A stretch of DNA of 62,207 nucleotides from a virus. The position numbers were made by a program, and so were the translations under genes. The notes under the pieces were generated by a model, which was not told the DNA's origin, searched no databases, and saw only the letters and a list, made by a program, of their open reading frames with translations. The first letter of the stretch is position 1. Every line of letters begins with the position of its first letter. The DNA lies in IMG/VR virus record IMGVR_UViG_3300033149_002577. One strand, 5' to 3'. Below, one piece after another: positions 59,442 to 62,207 of the stretch.

Positions 59442-60002
59442 ATGGCCACGACAAAACAGGGCAAACCACACAAGCGACGCGGCAAATTACCGGTTGGAGC
59501 TGGTGGGAGTCGGACGACTGATGCGGAGAGGAATGAGCGGATTCGGATCGTTGAGTCGCTGATCGTCGCAGGCCGTGGTGGGTCGATTGAAGAGCTTCAG
59601 TTTGGGTTGGAGAAGAGCGGGCGGGAGAAGCTCCCATCGACGACGGTTCGCGGATATATGAAGATCGCCAAGGAGCGGCTGACCAGGGAAGACGACAGTA
59701 CACGGACAGCTCGGCGAGAGATCATGGTTAGGGCTCTGCTCAGCGATGCGGCCATCATATCCAGGAAGCTCGAGGAGGCAGGCGTTGAACCGCGGTGGTC
59801 GGACCGGATAGCCTGTTTGAAGCTCCTCGATGACGTGCTCGAGAAAGCTACTCCGATCGTTGGGCCAGTGATGCCTGATGATGACACCGAAGACCTCACC
59901 GATAAAACACCAGAGCAACTCGATAAGATGATCGCCGAGCTCGCCGAGAAGGCCGGTGGGTTCTCGAGTCTACTGCCGAAGCCTGATAAACCTGAGGCAT
60001 GA
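59442..60002 (+). CDS. terS: Terminase small subunit (candidate)
   Basis: 186-aa basic, helical ORF immediately upstream of and overlapping terL. Assigned by position. Confidence 0.55.
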   Translation: MATTKQGKPHKRRGKLPVGAGGSRTTDAERNERIRIVESLIVAGRGGSIEELQFGLEKSGREKLPSTTVRGYMKIAKERLTREDDSTRTARREIMVRALLSDAAIISRKLEEAGVEPRWSDRIACLKLLDDVLEKATPIVGPVMPDDDTEDLTDKTPEQLDKMIAELAEKAGGFSSLLPKPDKPEA

Positions 60003-61525
60003 ACGCGCCCTCTATCTCGCATGAAGCCGCCACAAAGCTGAAGCTGTACCAGGCGATGAAAGCCCGGCTCATCGCTGAGGCGAGGCGAGACCCGTCTGCA
60101 TTCATTGAGTACGTCCTTGCCAACGAAAAGACCGGGAAGGCCATCAAGAACGCTGATTTTCATAGGGAGTGGCAGGCCTTCCTCTCAGAGTGTCGGTGGG
60201 GCGTCATTATCGCGGCCGTAGAGCATGGGAAATCTATCCAAGTGAGTGTAGGGCGTATTTTATGGGAGATCGGGACAAATCCTGACCTGAGAATCCTGCT
60301 CATCGGGAGAAATGCAGCGGCGGCTGAGAAGTCACTTCGGCTCATCAAACAGCAAATTCTCTACAACAAACGGCTTCACGAGGTTTTTCCGAACCTTCGG
60401 AAGTCTGGCAGGAAGGGCGACCTCTGGACGAGCAGCGACATCGTTGTTGAGCGTGAGGGCTATTCAAGAGATCCGTCGATTCAAGCTCGTGGAATGGGTT
60501 CGCTCAGTATCCTCGGTTCAAGGCTCGATTTCGTGGTCTTCGATGACGGGCTCGATCTCGATAACACCCGGACCCAGTTGGCCCGCGATAAGGCCGAAGA
60601 CTGGTGGGACACAGTCGTTTTCAGTCGGCTCGTTGACGACTACGAAACCCAGACATTCGGGCGAGTGTTCGCCATCGGAACACCATTCGATAATGACGAT
60701 CTTCTTCACCGGCTCGCAGGGCGGAAGGGGTGGCGCCTTGCGCACTACTCAGCCGTTGAGAACCCGGACGATCCACCTGGACAGTGGCGACCAATATGGC
60801 CTCGTGTATGGCCGCTTCAGCGGCTTCTCGATAAGCGCGACGGGATGACGATCACCGCCTTCGCCCGAACGCTCCTTTGCAAGGTCCTCGACGACGCTAC
60901 CAGGCGTTTCAAGCTTGCATGGCTGAAGCACATGAAGTGGCTCGGGCGAGGTCGAACCTTCATGAGATCGGCGCCGACAGAGCACGGCAGGCCGATGAAG
61001 TGTTTCACCGGGCTCGACATCGGGATCGGGAAAAAGAAAACCGACGCCGAATCTGTTCTCACCACGCTAGCGGTCATGAAAAACGGTCGGCGGATCATCG
61101 TCGACATCGATTCAGGGCACTGGACGGGGCCGGAGATTCTCGACAAGTGCGAGCAAAAAGCCACCTGGTTTGATTGCGAGATCATGGTCGAGGGGAACGC
61201 AGCTCAGCGGTTCATTGCGGAATTTGCTGTCGCATATAAGGGGCTCTTCGCCACCGCAGTGAACACCGGAAAAGAGAAATGGTCCGATGTCTTCGGGGTC
61301 GAGTCGCTGGCCGTCCTGATGAAGCACGGGTTCTTCGTTGCGCCATCCGGTCCCGAGGGGAACGAGCCGCCTGCTGAGGTCGAAGAGCTCTGTCGTGAGT
61401 GCTACGACTTCAACCCTGAGCAGCACACCGGAGACCGCGTGATGAGCCTCTGGGTGGCGGACAAGGCTGTTAGGGAGCACCTGGCGCCAAGGACGGAGAG
61501 CGCGAGCGATCATGCCTATCGTTGA
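59999..61525 (+). CDS. terL: Terminase large subunit
   Basis: 508 aa. Walker-A-like VEHGKS, Walker-B-like LDFVVFDDG, and a C-terminal nuclease-sized domain. Canonical size and position. Confidence 0.8.
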   Translation: MNAPSISHEAATKLKLYQAMKARLIAEARRDPSAFIEYVLANEKTGKAIKNADFHREWQAFLSECRWGVIIAAVEHGKSIQVSVGRILWEIGTNPDLRILLIGRNAAAAEKSLRLIKQQILYNKRLHEVFPNLRKSGRKGDLWTSSDIVVEREGYSRDPSIQARGMGSLSILGSRLDFVVFDDGLDLDNTRTQLARDKAEDWWDTVVFSRLVDDYETQTFGRVFAIGTPFDNDDLLHRLAGRKGWRLAHYSAVENPDDPPGQWRPIWPRVWPLQRLLDKRDGMTITAFARTLLCKVLDDATRRFKLAWLKHMKWLGRGRTFMRSAPTEHGRPMKCFTGLDIGIGKKKTDAESVLTTLAVMKNGRRIIVDIDSGHWTGPEILDKCEQKATWFDCEIMVEGNAAQRFIAEFAVAYKGLFATAVNTGKEKWSDVFGVESLAVLMKHGFFVAPSGPEGNEPPAEVEELCRECYDFNPEQHTGDRVMSLWVADKAVREHLAPRTESASDHAYR

Positions 61526-61553
61526 TCTGTTATCCTCGTGACGGAGGAAAACG

Positions 61554-62207
61554 ATGGCTTCTTTCTTGGTTCTTGAAGGTTTCAAAGGCATCTACAACGG
61601 GACAACTTGGCGATTCAAGCCGGGGCAGTTGATCAGCGATTCAATCGTTCCGGTGACAGTGTTGAAGTCTTATGGACTCGCGGTTCTGGCCTTCGTCGAG
61701 TACCAGGAAACAGCGATCGCGGCGTTCAATGAAAAATACGGAAGTCATGCCGAGCCTCCATCGATCATGCCGATTCTCGAGAGTCATAGATATCAGGAAT
61801 TCTGGGAAGACCTTAGGGTCTCAGCGACGTTTCAGCGCGGTGGGGGGAACGATCCGAACCTCGTCCAATATCTCAACACCGGGTTCTTTTATACGTTTTC
61901 GCAGAATGACGAGCTCGGTTTTCAAACGCAGGTTCCCCATGCATGGAAGATCGGGACTAACCTCAGAATGCATCTACATTGGTGCACGCACACGAGGGGC
62001 GTCGCGGAAGGAACTCACACCGTTGCGTGGAAGGCCATCATCACGTTAGCCGGTGTCCATGGCGTGTTCCCGGCAGCAACCATCTACGATCTAGAGGCGG
62101 CTTGTGAGGGGACCGACGACCATCATTTGATTGGAAACGCTACGGCCGAGGTCGACATGACCGGCGCTTCGATCTCTACAATGATCTGCGGGAGGGTTTA
62201 TCGCGAC
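61554..62207 (+). CDS. Hypothetical protein, N-terminal part. The CDS runs off the window end and continues at 1..222 (253 aa in total).
   Basis: ATG 61554 lies 28 nt after the terL stop and the frame stays open to the window end. It is in frame with the 1..222 ORF through the terminal repeat. The N-terminal ~78 aa are paralogous to the N-terminus of CDS 665..1588. Confidence 0.6.
   Translation, partial: MASFLVLEGFKGIYNGTTWRFKPGQLISDSIVPVTVLKSYGLAVLAFVEYQETAIAAFNEKYGSHAEPPSIMPILESHRYQEFWEDLRVSATFQRGGGNDPNLVQYLNTGFFYTFSQNDELGFQTQVPHAWKIGTNLRMHLHWCTHTRGVAEGTHTVAWKAIITLAGVHGVFPAATIYDLEAACEGTDDHHLIGNATAEVDMTGASISTMICGRVYRD
62094..62207. repeat. Terminal direct repeat, copy 2 (identical to 1..114)
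   Basis: Exact 114-nt match to the window start. Confidence 0.97.

Noticed and set aside
1-62207. Searched by eye for tRNA/tmRNA genes, a reverse transcriptase (DGR or retron) that could diversify the LamG proteins, integrase/attP, and stop-codon reassignment.
   Set aside because: - No cloverleaf-like GTTCGAATC or T-loop contexts were found.
- No YxDD reverse-transcriptase motif and no template/variable repeat pair were found.
- No tyrosine or serine recombinase motifs were found.
- All well-supported genes terminate normally under the standard code.

Overview
The window is a complete phage genome that closes on itself. Bases 1-114 recur exactly at 62094-62207, giving a unit length of 62,093 bp, and one CDS (61554 to the window end, continuing at 1-222) reads through the junction.

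Gene content indicates a contractile-tailed dsDNA phage:
- Packaging and head: terS/terL (59442-61525), a portal candidate, a Mu-F-like head morphogenesis protein, scaffold and capsid candidates, and an HK97-gp10-like neck protein.
- Tail: sheath and tube candidates, a chaperone pair with a -1 frameshift site, and a tape measure.
- Baseplate: LysM, gpV-like, gp25-like and gpJ-like proteins.
- Two giant fibre proteins (1770 and 1474 aa) built from 20-aa Gly/Ser/Thr/Ala repeats plus LamG-like lectin domains.

A leftward early operon (45275-49522) and a rightward early operon (50404-59395) diverge from an ~880-bp control region. They encode a PD-(D/E)XK exonuclease, an ERF-type annealase, RusA, a DEDD exonuclease, an ASCH protein, a DnaD-like organiser, an SLT lysin, a DUF1937 protein and one of the two N6-adenine methyltransferases; the other methyltransferase, a ParB fusion, lies at 3447-4526 in the + strand head block. 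I see no tRNA, rRNA, CRISPR array, integrase, polymerase, helicase or primase.

Regulatory layer read directly from the sequence:
- A 16-bp palindrome (TACGCGT-CA/TG-ACGCGTA) occurs at six promoters, one of them directly in front of an XRE-type HTH gene.
- Four genes have a -10 hexamer exactly 6 nt before the ATG, a leaderless geometry.
- There are two classes of ribosome-binding site: GGAGG in late genes and GAAAGGAAAG in early genes.

The stand-out feature is at 29250-31830. Between the tape-measure gene and the baseplate genes lies a cassette on the opposite strand, driven by its own operator-controlled sigma70-like promoter. Two orphan genes (208 and 179 aa) are interleaved with three non-coding arrays totalling nine units. 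Each unit is a covarying hairpin (13-bp stem and tetraloop in most copies) followed by a strictly phased pentamer tract: (GTCNN)n on the + strand, (NNGAC)n on the minus strand, up to 15 units in register. I cannot assign this architecture to any system I know, and I regard it as the candidate novel system.
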